Below, in pieces: positions 54,276-63,421 of a stretch of 64,000 nucleotides of DNA; within the stretch, counting starts at the first letter, position 1; each line of letters starts with the position of its first letter. This DNA is from a bacterium (GTDB taxonomy: Bacteria; Patescibacteriota; Minisyncoccia; Phycocordibacterales; UBA2100). The position numbers and the translations under genes are program-made. Where the stretch lies: assembly GCA_016789445.1 (NCBI GenBank), contig JAEUQT010000003.1, positions 82,600-146,599 of the forward strand, in the 5' to 3' direction. Below the pieces are notes generated by a model. It saw only the letters and a program-made list of their open reading frames with translations. It made no database searches and had not been told where the DNA came from.

Positions 54276-54335
54276 CATTTGACAATCACCCGTCGCACCC
54301 TACTCTTGGCAGAGGACTTTGAGAAAGGACATCCG

Positions 54336-54695
54336 ATGTCAGAAGCCGAAGTTCTTGAGAGCGAGTTGGAGAGATTCATCCTGCCGCATCTTCACCGGTT
54401 CCGCTCGACCACTATCGCAGAATTGCGGCAATGGATGGCGGAATGCAGGAAAAGCTGTAACACGTGGCCGCTGTCGGCCTCCATCGTCGAGAAGCTTTTC
54501 GGCGAAGACGCCGCCCTCGCGTGGGTCGGCATCCCGAGCGAAGATCATCTGCAGAAAGCACTCGACACGCTGCGCGATCGCGGCGAAGTCGAGAAGATCA
54601 GCGGTTCGTGGCGGCTCACCCGGATCGGCGCGCTCATGCGCCGGCTCGAACAGGTCGAACACGAGATGGATGAATGCAAGCCGCCGACTCGATAG
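54336..54695 (+). CDS. hypothetical winged-helix-like small protein; start at MSEAEVLESE
   Basis: gaaagga RBS; C-terminal GEVEKISGSWRLTRIG wing-like segment. Confidence 0.45.
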   Translation: MSEAEVLESELERFILPHLHRFRSTTIAELRQWMAECRKSCNTWPLSASIVEKLFGEDAALAWVGIPSEDHLQKALDTLRDRGEVEKISGSWRLTRIGALMRRLEQVEHEMDECKPPTR

Positions 54696-54699
54696 CCAC

Positions 54700-54730
54700 C
54701 GCCCGCCGTCTTCGACGGCGGGCTTTTTTT
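54700..54730. terminator. intrinsic terminator gcccgccgtcttcgacggcgggc plus T-tract (exact reverse complement of the 54243 hairpin)
   Basis: Hairpin plus T-tract. Confidence 0.6.
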
Positions 54731-55058
54731 AGAGATACTGCTTCGCGTATTCGATCATCGCCTTCTCGATGATGCGCAACCCTGCGCCTTTTTCGGTGGC
54801 TTCATACACCCCTTCGTCTGACTTCGCGATAAGCCCGCGTTTCTTGAGCGTGTCTAATTTGAGGGTCAGCGTGCGCGAGGAGATGCCGTTGAGCCACTTT
54901 TCAAGCTCGGAAAAGCGCTTCGGACCCTCCGTGAGAGAGCGCATGATGAGCATCGTCCAGGTATCCGAGAGGATCTCGGCGACTTTCGTCGTGGGACAAT
55001 CGCTGCGCGAGGTGCTGCAATCGTCGGCGCGCTTTTTCATCGGGGCTTTCGTCGTCAT
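54729..55058 (-). CDS. HxlR-family (DUF24) transcriptional regulator; start at MTTKAPMKK
   Basis: CPxxxxxxxxxxKWTxLIxRxL-like N-terminus (CPTTKVAEILSDTWTMLIMRSL) and wHTH. Confidence 0.8.
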   Translation of the reverse strand: MTTKAPMKKRADDCSTSRSDCPTTKVAEILSDTWTMLIMRSLTEGPKRFSELEKWLNGISSRTLTLKLDTLKKRGLIAKSDEGVYEATEKGAGLRIIEKAMIEYAKQYL

Positions 55059-55180
55059 GGAGAGAATATAGCACGTCGAAGGTGCTTTACAAAGTACAGT
55101 AAATGACGCCGAACGCGATATACACTTTACATTGTAAAGCATACGCGCATACTTACCTTCTATCACTAACCCTACGCACC

Positions 55181-55798
55181 ATGGATTATGCAACGCTCGC
55201 CTCTGAGGCAACTATCACGAAGACGGCTGAGAACATCACGCCGCGAAATTTCATCCCTCATGTCGTCGCCGATCGCGCGGCAGCACTTACCCTCATCAAG
55301 GAACTGATCCCTCAGGGTGCATCGGTGCAGACCGGCACCTCGCGCACGCTCGAGGAGATCGGCTTCATCGATTATTTGAAAGACGGTGAACATGGATGGG
55401 ACAATCTCAAGGGTACAGTCGCCAACGAGAAGGACCCTGCTACGCAGACAAGGCTTCGCAAGGAAGCGACGATGAGCGATTTCTACCTCGGCAGCGCACA
55501 CGCACTCACGGAAGACGGCGAGATCTACATCGCCTCGAATACCGGCAGCCAGCTGCCGAATGTGGTCTTCAACTCCCCGAACGTCATTCTGGTGATTGGC
55601 GCACAAAAGATTGTCCCCGACAGGGCGCATGCCTTTGACCGCATCGAGAAACACGTCGTCCCGCTTGAAGACGAGCGCATGATGCAGGCGATGAACGCCC
55701 ATACCCAGTGGTCCAAGACCTTCGTCTTCAGCAAGGAGCCGGCCTTCAACCAGCGCCAGATCCACGTCGTGATCGTGAAGGAAAAGCTAGGGTTCTAG
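55181..55798 (+). CDS. LUD-domain protein (LutC/YkgG-like, DUF162); start at MDYATLASE
   Basis: Divergent from the HxlR regulator; LUD-domain pattern. Confidence 0.75.
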   Translation: MDYATLASEATITKTAENITPRNFIPHVVADRAAALTLIKELIPQGASVQTGTSRTLEEIGFIDYLKDGEHGWDNLKGTVANEKDPATQTRLRKEATMSDFYLGSAHALTEDGEIYIASNTGSQLPNVVFNSPNVILVIGAQKIVPDRAHAFDRIEKHVVPLEDERMMQAMNAHTQWSKTFVFSKEPAFNQRQIHVVIVKEKLGF

Positions 55799-56524
55799 CT
55801 CCATCATTTCCGGCATCGGTCCGCGCGGCGGGCCACCTCCTTCTTTGCGCACCCCGAACGCTTCAATGACGCCGTCATCTTCCCTGCCAGCAATGAATAC
55901 GATGTCTCCCACCCTGAGGCCCGTGGTCGTCGCGCGGCGATCATCCATTGGCAGAATGATTTCGAGGGTCGTCGTCGCGTTGCGGGTATCTTCGACGGTA
56001 ATCACGTTTCCCTCGATAGCCAGGATAGTGCAGCGACAGATCCCGCTTCCGCGCGGATGCGGCCGATGCGCATCATCATAGAATCCGCGCATCGGCGGCG
56101 GCAGGTGTTCGCGACGCTCCTGGAGCGCCTCATTGAATTGGGCACGGTCGAGCACGAATCCGAAGGCGAGTGATGCTACCAGAAGCACCGCAAGCAGGTG
56201 GAGTATCGGCACACGATAGCCGAAGCGGAAGTATCGCAAGAGCCACTGCAATACGGCGATGAACGCGATATCCAGGATCAAGAGCAACCACGGGAAGAAG
56301 GTAAGGAACGCACGTACGCCCTGCGGCCCGAATGAGAGTAGCGCCGTCTCGTTGCCGATGCGGATCGAGAAGAATATGAAATTGAAGATGAATACCGTGA
56401 CCGCGACGATCGCGACCGACACCACGGCGAGAGCGGCGACTTTGAGCGAGAAATATACACGCGGCGTCATCCCCACGTTGCCCGCATGGATCTCTTTGAG
56501 AAGCCTGTCTTTTAGATCGCTCAT
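55787..56524 (-). CDS. putative anti-sigma factor-like membrane protein
   Basis: Directly downstream of the ECF sigma gene with a 4-nt overlap; multi-TM, then a C-terminal soluble region. Confidence 0.5.
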   Translation of the reverse strand: MSDLKDRLLKEIHAGNVGMTPRVYFSLKVAALAVVSVAIVAVTVFIFNFIFFSIRIGNETALLSFGPQGVRAFLTFFPWLLLILDIAFIAVLQWLLRYFRFGYRVPILHLLAVLLVASLAFGFVLDRAQFNEALQERREHLPPPMRGFYDDAHRPHPRGSGICRCTILAIEGNVITVEDTRNATTTLEIILPMDDRRATTTGLRVGDIVFIAGREDDGVIEAFGVRKEGGGPPRGPMPEMMELEP

Positions 56525-57114
56525 ATGATGTCTCGTAGCGGTTCTCGTAATGCCTCCCGCAATGCCTCCTTCGCGCGGCGCATGCGGATTCCCACCGTTC
56601 CCATCGGGATCTGCAGCACATCCGCCATGTCCTTGTAGGACAGCTCTTCGTAGTAATGCAGCACCAATACCTCGCGGTACTTCGGGCTCAACTTCTCCAG
56701 TCCGGTATCAATCATAGCGCGTATTTCCTTCAATTCGCGTTCCGTCTCCGCCGATTCGTCGACCACGTGATGTGCAAGAAATGTATCGAAATCGATATCA
56801 ACTGGGCCATGCTGATTCTTTCGCAGATGATTAGCAAATGCATTGTGTGCGATGCGATATATCCACGGAGAGAATCGTAGTGACGCATCGAAGCCCTGGA
56901 TACTGCGGTAGACACTGATGAAGACATCTTGGACGACGTCGGTGATGTCGTCGGCGCGTGCGATGAATTTGGTGCCATAACGGTGCAATTTCTTCTCGTA
57001 GCGGTCGACCAACTCGCCGAACGCGTCGATATCCCCGCGCTGCACGCGGATCGCTATCTCTTCGTCGGTGAGGGGTGTCTGGTCCACCACGCTATAGTAC
57101 ACGCGAACCTTCAT
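56521..57114 (-). CDS. RNA polymerase sigma-70 factor, ECF subfamily
   Basis: Region 2 (VQDVFISVY...) and region 4 HTH (SYKDMADVLQIPMGTVGIRMRRA). Confidence 0.9.
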   Translation of the reverse strand: MKVRVYYSVVDQTPLTDEEIAIRVQRGDIDAFGELVDRYEKKLHRYGTKFIARADDITDVVQDVFISVYRSIQGFDASLRFSPWIYRIAHNAFANHLRKNQHGPVDIDFDTFLAHHVVDESAETERELKEIRAMIDTGLEKLSPKYREVLVLHYYEELSYKDMADVLQIPMGTVGIRMRRAKEALREALREPLRDII

Positions 57115-57179
57115 TTTTCTTTCACCTATCTTTCAAAGGGAAAAGCCCCCGATCGGGGGCTTTTCGCATGAGAGAACCC

Positions 57180-57824
57180 TTACTGTTGTGCCGGTGGCTC
57201 CGGAAGATCATCCATGATCTGTGTCGCCGTCACCGAATTGCCCGAGACCGTTCCCTGGACGCCGATGCGATCCCCGACCGCGATGTCTGAGATGCTGCCC
57301 GCAACCATTTTCTGGACCGTCGCGCTACCGGCGTTCACCGTGTAGCTCTGGCCGTCCTTGCCCGTCACCGTGATGGTATTCCCATCGACCGCCGTGACCT
57401 GGCCCATGACGCCATGTCCGCGCCCGCCTGGGCCGCCGAAGCCATGTCCGCCTTTCGGCATGCCACTCATGACTTTCGTCGCGGTGAGTGTCGTGCCATC
57501 AAGCGTGCCTTCTGCCATCACATGACCGCCGACCGTGACGCTCGAGATGTCCGACGAAGCGCCATCTTTTATGAACGTCGCACCGCTGGCATCAATGGTG
57601 TAGGTGCCGCCTTTGCGCATATCGTTCACCGTGATCGTGGTGCCACTCACCGCCGTGACCTCGCCGCCGACGTGCGGCGTCGATTCATCGAACATGTGGC
57701 GTTCCTGATTCGTGTTGGTAGAAGTGTCGGCGGAAACCATGCCGACGTATCCCGCGATACCGCCACCGAGGAGCATGAGACCGCCAAGGATGGGGAGCGT
57801 GATGAATTTCTGAGAGTTCGTCAT
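57180..57824 (-). CDS. DUF5666-domain secreted protein (two internal G-x-V-T-A-V-x-G-T-I-T-V repeats)
   Basis: Signal/anchor; repeats GEVTAVSGTTITVND and GQVTAVDGNTITVTG. Confidence 0.7.
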   Translation of the reverse strand: MTNSQKFITLPILGGLMLLGGGIAGYVGMVSADTSTNTNQERHMFDESTPHVGGEVTAVSGTTITVNDMRKGGTYTIDASGATFIKDGASSDISSVTVGGHVMAEGTLDGTTLTATKVMSGMPKGGHGFGGPGGRGHGVMGQVTAVDGNTITVTGKDGQSYTVNAGSATVQKMVAGSISDIAVGDRIGVQGTVSGNSVTATQIMDDLPEPPAQQ

Positions 57825-57894
57825 AATCGAATGTACTAGTTTTCTAATGTGGAGGCGTCCCCCGCACGTATCTAGTACACCCCTTCTCGCCGGT

Positions 57895-59247
57895 TTATTT
57901 CACCTGAGCCACCGCCGGCAAGACGATGACGAACGTCGTCCCCGCGCCAAGGATCGATTCGACGCGGATGGTGCCGTTGTGGGCTTTCAGTGCCTCCTTG
58001 GTGAGGAAAAGGCCGAGACCCGTCCCCTCCTTCTTGGAAGCCGCAGCGGCAGCAGTGCGCTCGTATCCCTTGAAAATGCGTTCCTGATCCTCCTTCGCAA
58101 TGCCGTTGCCTTGATCACTGATGCTGATCTCGTGCATGCCGTCTTTGAGCATGTACGCCACCAAGACGCGGGTGTTCTCTTTCGTGTATTTCACCGCGTT
58201 GACGATGATATTGAAGAGGATCTGGCGCAGGTACTCCTGATTCGCATGCACCGTGATGCCTTCGTGGAGCTGTGCATCCATTTCCAGCCGCACGTTGCGC
58301 GCGGCGGCCGTGAGCGCGAGATCGTCGAAAACCTCCTTCACTGCCTTGCGCAGCGGCACTTCATCGCGGCGCAGTTCATTCGCCTTCCCTTCGAGCGCAT
58401 TCACCGAGAGGAAGTTGGAGATGCGGTAGATGAGATCGACGGTGTTCGCGTAGGATTTGAGCACCATCCCTTTCTCTTCTTCCGGTATCGGATTCTTCGA
58501 GGTGAGGACGCTGCCGAGCGCCCAACGGATGCCGGTGAGCGGCGAGCGGATCTCATGCGAGGCGATGGCGAGGAATTCCCCCTTCTTGCGGACGTATTTC
58601 AATTCCTGCTCACGCGTATACCACGCGAAGCCGATGAGGAGCGCGATGAGGAACGAGACGATGAACGGGATGCTCGCGTAGAAGAGCGCATTGCGCAGAT
58701 ATTCGTCGGCCGGCACATCGACGCCCAAGAGCCCGACCACCTGCCCGTACTGATCATAGATAGGCGCCGAGCCCGAGACCCACGTGCCCCAGCGATCGGT
58801 GGTCTGTTCCGAGTAACTCTTCCCCGTCTGGAAGACGCGATGCATCATCTCCGACGCTTCGTCGTAGGTCTGTCCGGGCGGCGAGTAATCCTCCGAATCG
58901 GAACGTTCGGAATCCATATAGAAGAAGAGCATGCCGTCCGGCCGCTGCCCGACGATATAGATGAACCGCACATCAGGGTTCGCGAGGCGCACCAGCTGGA
59001 GCGTGGCCTTCATCGCGCGATAGCGCGTGTCGTAGAGATCCGCTTCGGTTCCGCTCAATTGCTTCAGGTTCTCGTAATCCACCATGAGCGCGATGGTGTT
59101 GGTGCGATCAAGGATGTGCTTCTGGAGGTTCTGATCGACGCGTTCATACACGTAGAAGCCGCCGGCCGCGCCGATGATAAGCAGCACCGCCATGATAGAG
59201 AGGTAGGGCAGGAACGGCATCGTGCGGACGTTCGAGGGCGTCATCAT
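57895..59247 (-). CDS. sensor histidine kinase (extracytoplasmic sensor domain, HisKA, HATPase_c)
   Basis: H-box IASHEIRSPLTGI; N, G1 and G2 boxes; two TM segments flank the periplasmic domain. Confidence 0.9.
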   Translation of the reverse strand: MMTPSNVRTMPFLPYLSIMAVLLIIGAAGGFYVYERVDQNLQKHILDRTNTIALMVDYENLKQLSGTEADLYDTRYRAMKATLQLVRLANPDVRFIYIVGQRPDGMLFFYMDSERSDSEDYSPPGQTYDEASEMMHRVFQTGKSYSEQTTDRWGTWVSGSAPIYDQYGQVVGLLGVDVPADEYLRNALFYASIPFIVSFLIALLIGFAWYTREQELKYVRKKGEFLAIASHEIRSPLTGIRWALGSVLTSKNPIPEEEKGMVLKSYANTVDLIYRISNFLSVNALEGKANELRRDEVPLRKAVKEVFDDLALTAAARNVRLEMDAQLHEGITVHANQEYLRQILFNIIVNAVKYTKENTRVLVAYMLKDGMHEISISDQGNGIAKEDQERIFKGYERTAAAAASKKEGTGLGLFLTKEALKAHNGTIRVESILGAGTTFVIVLPAVAQVK

Positions 59248-59375
59248 TACGGGAAGTATAGCGCCGCTTCATGCACGCCAGCCGGGTTATCAAGGCATGC
59301 CTTCGCACATCTCGTTGACTTTTCCTCGTGAGACGTTTTAATACGCAGCGACTGCAACAACCGAAAGGAACGACT

Positions 59376-59609
59376 GTGACAGTCAGAACGATTCCGCTTC
59401 CCTTACCTCCCCTGAAGAAAGGTCTTCGCTATCGGCTTTCAAAGCCGGTACAGTCGAGCTTCAAGTGGTACAAGGAAGTGATCTACGACGGACGGGTCGA
59501 CGGTCGCGATGCCATGTGGGTACGCGGCACACCTGATAGCGGCGGGCCGGAGAACCGGATTCTCCTGTTCGGCCCGCAGATCAAGGACATCGAATTCCAT
59601 CCCGTTTGA
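59376..59609 (+). CDS. hypothetical small protein (GTG start after aaagga; the track ORF begins at 59328)
   Basis: RBS-guided start; terminator hairpin at about 59610-59655. Confidence 0.35.
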   Translation: MTVRTIPLPLPPLKKGLRYRLSKPVQSSFKWYKEVIYDGRVDGRDAMWVRGTPDSGGPENRILLFGPQIKDIEFHPV

Positions 59610-59721
59610 ACGCGGCCGCCCCGGAAACAACTGTTTCCGCGGGCGGTTTTTTCTCATACTTTGACACTTTTCTATTACAATGGCATTTTAATGCCAGCTT
59701 GATCTTGCAAAGGAGGTAGGC

Positions 59722-60342
59722 ATGCATCGGCTGTTCCTGCTGGCGCTTATCGTCAGCACACTTTCAGTAACCCCTGCGCAGAGTGTGAATCTTCACCGCA
59801 AGCATGGTCCGGGTTGGGATTGTTCCTACATCACGACGGGAACACCCTACAAGGAAGCATGCCTCGCGTGCGAAGCACAGGGCAAGCAATTCGACCAACG
59901 AGGAGATGGCGGCATCTGCGTCGGCGGAGGTACTCCGAATTTCCCATCGCCCCGCGATGCGGATTACGGAAAGCGGGAGAGTCCCCGCCAACCGCAGTAC
60001 TCGAGTCCGCAACGGCAAACCACGAAAAAAAGACTCTGGGGTGCGATAGCGGGATCAGTCGATCGCCAAACAAACGGCGGCGTCAGATACTCGATTGCTT
60101 CCTCGTTAAACTACAACTCGGAATCTGAAGCTTCTGCAGCAGCACTACAAGGCTGCCGGAGCAAAGGCGGCAAGAACTGCGAAGTCTCTACGTTCAACAA
60201 CGGTTGCGCGTACATCGCCGGCGGCACTTCCAATACGGGTGCCGGGTATGGTGGTTCCAGCACTCGTGCAGCAGCAATATCCAAGTGCCAAAGCCAAGGA
60301 CTTTCGTGCAGCGATGTAGTCGGTGGCTGTGTAAACCAGTGA
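59722..60342 (+). CDS. secreted DUF4189-domain protein
   Basis: aaggagg RBS; signal peptide; C-terminal GCAYIAGG...GYGGS...C...C pattern of DUF4189. Confidence 0.7.
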   Translation: MHRLFLLALIVSTLSVTPAQSVNLHRKHGPGWDCSYITTGTPYKEACLACEAQGKQFDQRGDGGICVGGGTPNFPSPRDADYGKRESPRQPQYSSPQRQTTKKRLWGAIAGSVDRQTNGGVRYSIASSLNYNSESEASAAALQGCRSKGGKNCEVSTFNNGCAYIAGGTSNTGAGYGGSSTRAAAISKCQSQGLSCSDVVGGCVNQ

Positions 60343-60347
60343 CAGAG

Positions 60348-60381
60348 GCCCCGCGGAACTATTCCGCGGGGTTTTTATTTT
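60348..60381 (+). terminator. intrinsic terminator (ccccgcggaa ctat tccgcgggg tttttatttt)
   Basis: Hairpin plus T-tract. Confidence 0.6.
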
Positions 60382-60631
60382 GAAAACCCCTTGGGCATCG
60401 GAGCGGTGTATTTGACGCGCCATGCGAAGGCGGAGCGCTACGGCAGGACCACATTCTGGACACCGATCGACTACGTCGTTGATTTCGATTCCGAAGAAGA
60501 GGTCGAGATTATCGAGGAATGAGCGGCCGGAAGCGAAAGCTTCCGGCCGCTTCTTTTTCGCGGGTTTGACATATGGTGTGGAAATGTTTTAATCCATCCG
60601 GACTGAGAACCTTAACTGGAAAGGCACAACG

Positions 60632-61597
60632 ATGGAAAATCAGAAGTCATCTCGATGGCTGACGACGTTCCTCATCCTCATGGCGAAGTCCAAATACATC
60701 GCCGTCGCCGCGAAGACGGTCAAGATGATGAAGGTCGCGAAGCCGTTGGTGACGGTGATAACGGTACTCCTCTCCGTACTCGCGTACGGCTGGGCGTATG
60801 GCTCGTGGTATTTCGCCGCGGGTCTCGTCATCATGATCCTGATCCACGAGTTCGGGCATGTCATCGCGATCCGACAGCAGGGTCTGCCGCCGGCACCGAT
60901 GGTCTTCATCCCCTTCTTGGGCGCGGCGATCTTCGTCCCGCCCCTGAAGACGCGACACACCGAAGCGGTCGTCGGCATCGGCGGCCCCCTCTTGGGGACC
61001 GCGGGAGCCGTCGCCGCGTTCGCGCTCTGGGCGATTCTCCCGGGCGAAAACCCGATGCTGCTTTTGACGAGCTACGTCGGCATGGTGCTGAATCTGTTCA
61101 ATATGATCCCCCTCAGTCCGTTGGATGGAGGAAGGATCACGCAGATCTGCGGACCATGGTTCAAAGCGGTGGGCTTTATCGCTCTCTTCGCGTTCACCCT
61201 GATGGCGGCGCAGCCTGCGCTGCTTCTCATCTGGATCCTGGTCTTGGATGGATTCGATCGCATGCCCGGGCATACACGCCCGATCATCGCTTCGATCCTT
61301 CTCGTGACCATGAGCGGACTGATGCTCGCCGGATTCGGCCACCAGCCGTGGTGGCTGGACTGCATCGATATCGTGCTTGCTCTTTCGTTCACCGCCGGAT
61401 TCTACTTCCGTGCGCGAAACCCCGGGCTGTTCACGCCTCAGACCTATGAGGATGAACGCACGATAACGTCGCAGGACAGAACGCGATGGGCTGCGGCATG
61501 GATCGCCTTGGTGATCTTCCTCAGCGGCATGATGGCGGTTCAGATACCGTTCATGCCGAAGGAGATCAAGCAATCGATCGAAGCCAGTGAGCAGTGA
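60632..61597 (+). CDS. site-2 protease family (M50) metalloprotease
   Basis: HEFGH zinc motif and NMIPLSPLDGG motif; multi-TM. Confidence 0.85.
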   Translation: MENQKSSRWLTTFLILMAKSKYIAVAAKTVKMMKVAKPLVTVITVLLSVLAYGWAYGSWYFAAGLVIMILIHEFGHVIAIRQQGLPPAPMVFIPFLGAAIFVPPLKTRHTEAVVGIGGPLLGTAGAVAAFALWAILPGENPMLLLTSYVGMVLNLFNMIPLSPLDGGRITQICGPWFKAVGFIALFAFTLMAAQPALLLIWILVLDGFDRMPGHTRPIIASILLVTMSGLMLAGFGHQPWWLDCIDIVLALSFTAGFYFRARNPGLFTPQTYEDERTITSQDRTRWAAAWIALVIFLSGMMAVQIPFMPKEIKQSIEASEQ

Positions 61598-61603
61598 CTC
61601 CAT

Positions 61604-61640
61604 GAAGCCCCGGATTCAACCCCGGGGCTTCTTCTTTTTA
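61604..61640. terminator. bidirectional intrinsic terminator (aagccccgg attcaa ccccggggctt cttcttttt)
   Basis: Hairpin plus T-tract between convergent genes. Confidence 0.6.
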
Positions 61641-62321
61641 TCCAAACACTGCGGGCGGCGGCGCTTCGAACATCAGGCGCACCCCGGATGGCAACGTGAG
61701 TGCAATCGAATGCGCATGCAGCATGACGCGATCGAATCCATGCGTCGGCATTCCGGCGCCGTAGATACTGTCTCCCACGATCGGGTGGCCGATGTGCGCG
61801 AAGTGCACACGCAGCTGATGCGTGCGTCCGGTACGCGGCATGGCTTCGATGAGCGTCATGCCGTCACGCACTTCAAGTGATTTCCAATCCGTAATCGCCG
61901 CTCGCTTCGAATCAGGCGGGCACTCCTTCGCAAACCACTTTTTAGGATTCCCTCCTTTATCTATCTCTGCACTGATGCGTCCCTCGCCCTCGAGTTTTCC
62001 GTGCACCAGCGCGAGATACTTCTTCTCGACCCTGCGCGCCCTGAATTCAGCCCGCAGGTATTCCCACGCCTCCTCTGTCTTCGCAACGATCATAACCCCC
62101 GAAGTAGTCCGATCCAATCGATGTACAATTCCCGGCCGCGGGATCGATTCGCCCTGCGGCGAGAGCCACGGCTCGCCCACGTCTTTGAGCTGCGGCCATC
62201 GTTCAAGCAACCAATCGACGAGCGTCGGCTCGTCGGTGCGCCCATCGGAATGAACGATCAGGCCCGCCGGTTTATCCAGCGCGATCAGCAATTCATTCTC
62301 CTCGATGATGCGCGGTTCCAT
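61638..62321 (-). CDS. RluA-family pseudouridine synthase
   Basis: Catalytic HRLDRTTSG motif. Confidence 0.9.
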   Translation of the reverse strand: MEPRIIEENELLIALDKPAGLIVHSDGRTDEPTLVDWLLERWPQLKDVGEPWLSPQGESIPRPGIVHRLDRTTSGVMIVAKTEEAWEYLRAEFRARRVEKKYLALVHGKLEGEGRISAEIDKGGNPKKWFAKECPPDSKRAAITDWKSLEVRDGMTLIEAMPRTGRTHQLRVHFAHIGHPIVGDSIYGAGMPTHGFDRVMLHAHSIALTLPSGVRLMFEAPPPAVFG

Positions 62322-62420
62322 GACCTGAGCATATACAAAGATGCCGTCGAACGCGATGCGAGGCGTTCTTGACGCTCAACCAGGAGAGGCGCATCATTGT
62401 GCCCAGAAAGGCAGGTGCCC

Positions 62421-62696
62421 ATGGATACGATCATGCTGTTCGCGATACTTGCGCCGGACGAGACCCCGGACGAAGCGGTTCCTCTGTGCGTGTATTCAGA
62501 AGTGCTCTGGAATTGGATACCGAAGGAGAGGACGCTGACCTGGATTCCGGAAATCCGTGAGTTCGTACGGGTCGCATCGCTTCGCTATCCGCGAGGAGAC
62601 TACGGCCCCGAAGCCCCGTTGGCGGAAATCGAATTCTTCGTGACCGCCGCTCAGATACGGGAACTCGCGACGATCGAGAACTGGGAAATAGGCTGA
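62421..62696 (+). CDS. hypothetical small protein (91 aa), start at MDTIMLFAIL
   Basis: aaaggcagg RBS; terminator at 62698-62730. Confidence 0.4.
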   Translation: MDTIMLFAILAPDETPDEAVPLCVYSEVLWNWIPKERTLTWIPEIREFVRVASLRYPRGDYGPEAPLAEIEFFVTAAQIRELATIENWEIG

Positions 62697-62786
62697 ATGC
62701 CCGCCGGTGCAAACCGGCGGGCGATTTTTCGTAAAAAACAAGGCCGCAGCAAGCTGCGGCCTTTCGAGCATAGAAACGTGTTGACG

Positions 62787-62948
62787 CTAGTCTTCGTCCC
62801 TCCGCCGACGCTGTTGGCTGGCGTGATGTACGGCATAGCCGTCATCATCGTCATCTGAACGGACCTTGATGCACGGTAGCATCACCGGCTCATCCATTCC
62901 CTGTTGCATCTGCGGTGCCGAAAGATCAGACTTCCCTTCATGCTGCAT
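62787..62948 (-). CDS. small acidic protein (53 aa), MQHEGKSDLSAPQMQQGMDEPVMLPCIKVRSDDDDDGYAVHHASQQRRRRDED
   Basis: Strong gggagga RBS 6 nt upstream; minus-strand hairpin plus T-tract at about 62733-62761; below the track cutoff. Confidence 0.3.
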   Translation of the reverse strand: MQHEGKSDLSAPQMQQGMDEPVMLPCIKVRSDDDDDGYAVHHASQQRRRRDED

Positions 62949-63067
62949 GAATTCCTCCCTGAATGCAGCCTCACGTCAAACGCCACGAGCATACTCTGCC
63001 CGTCCGAGCCCGTCAATCAAGCTATCCCCGGTGCATGAATCCTGCATGAGCACAAAAAAGGCGGGCC

Positions 63068-63376
63068 CTACGGGCCCGCCATGGTTATCATCCTCCACAC
63101 CTGGATCACGCTCTCCGTAACGCCGATGTTGTACGCCAACACCAGACTGATGACGGTCGCGAAGAATCCCGCGGCCAGACCCTGCATCGGATCATTGGTC
63201 ACGAAGGCGATGAGGAAACCGAGTGCGTAGAGGTTGAACGCCACCAGCGCCAGCTGACCATTGATGGTCTCCAGACATCCGGCTTCGATCTTCGGCATGT
63301 CGACGTAGACAAGGATCGCCGCAGCGAACATCGCCGAGACGATCACGCGTGAGTAACTTGCCATTACACCCTCCAA
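63068..63376 (-). CDS. hypothetical small membrane protein (3 TM)
   Basis: ORF-track ORF; hydrophobic. Confidence 0.4.
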   Translation of the reverse strand: MEGVMASYSRVIVSAMFAAAILVYVDMPKIEAGCLETINGQLALVAFNLYALGFLIAFVTNDPMQGLAAGFFATVISLVLAYNIGVTESVIQVWRMITMAGP

Positions 63377-63421
63377 AAGAACGAGACGGCCATTCTGCCT
63401 GCCCCGAAGGCCTGCGTCAAA

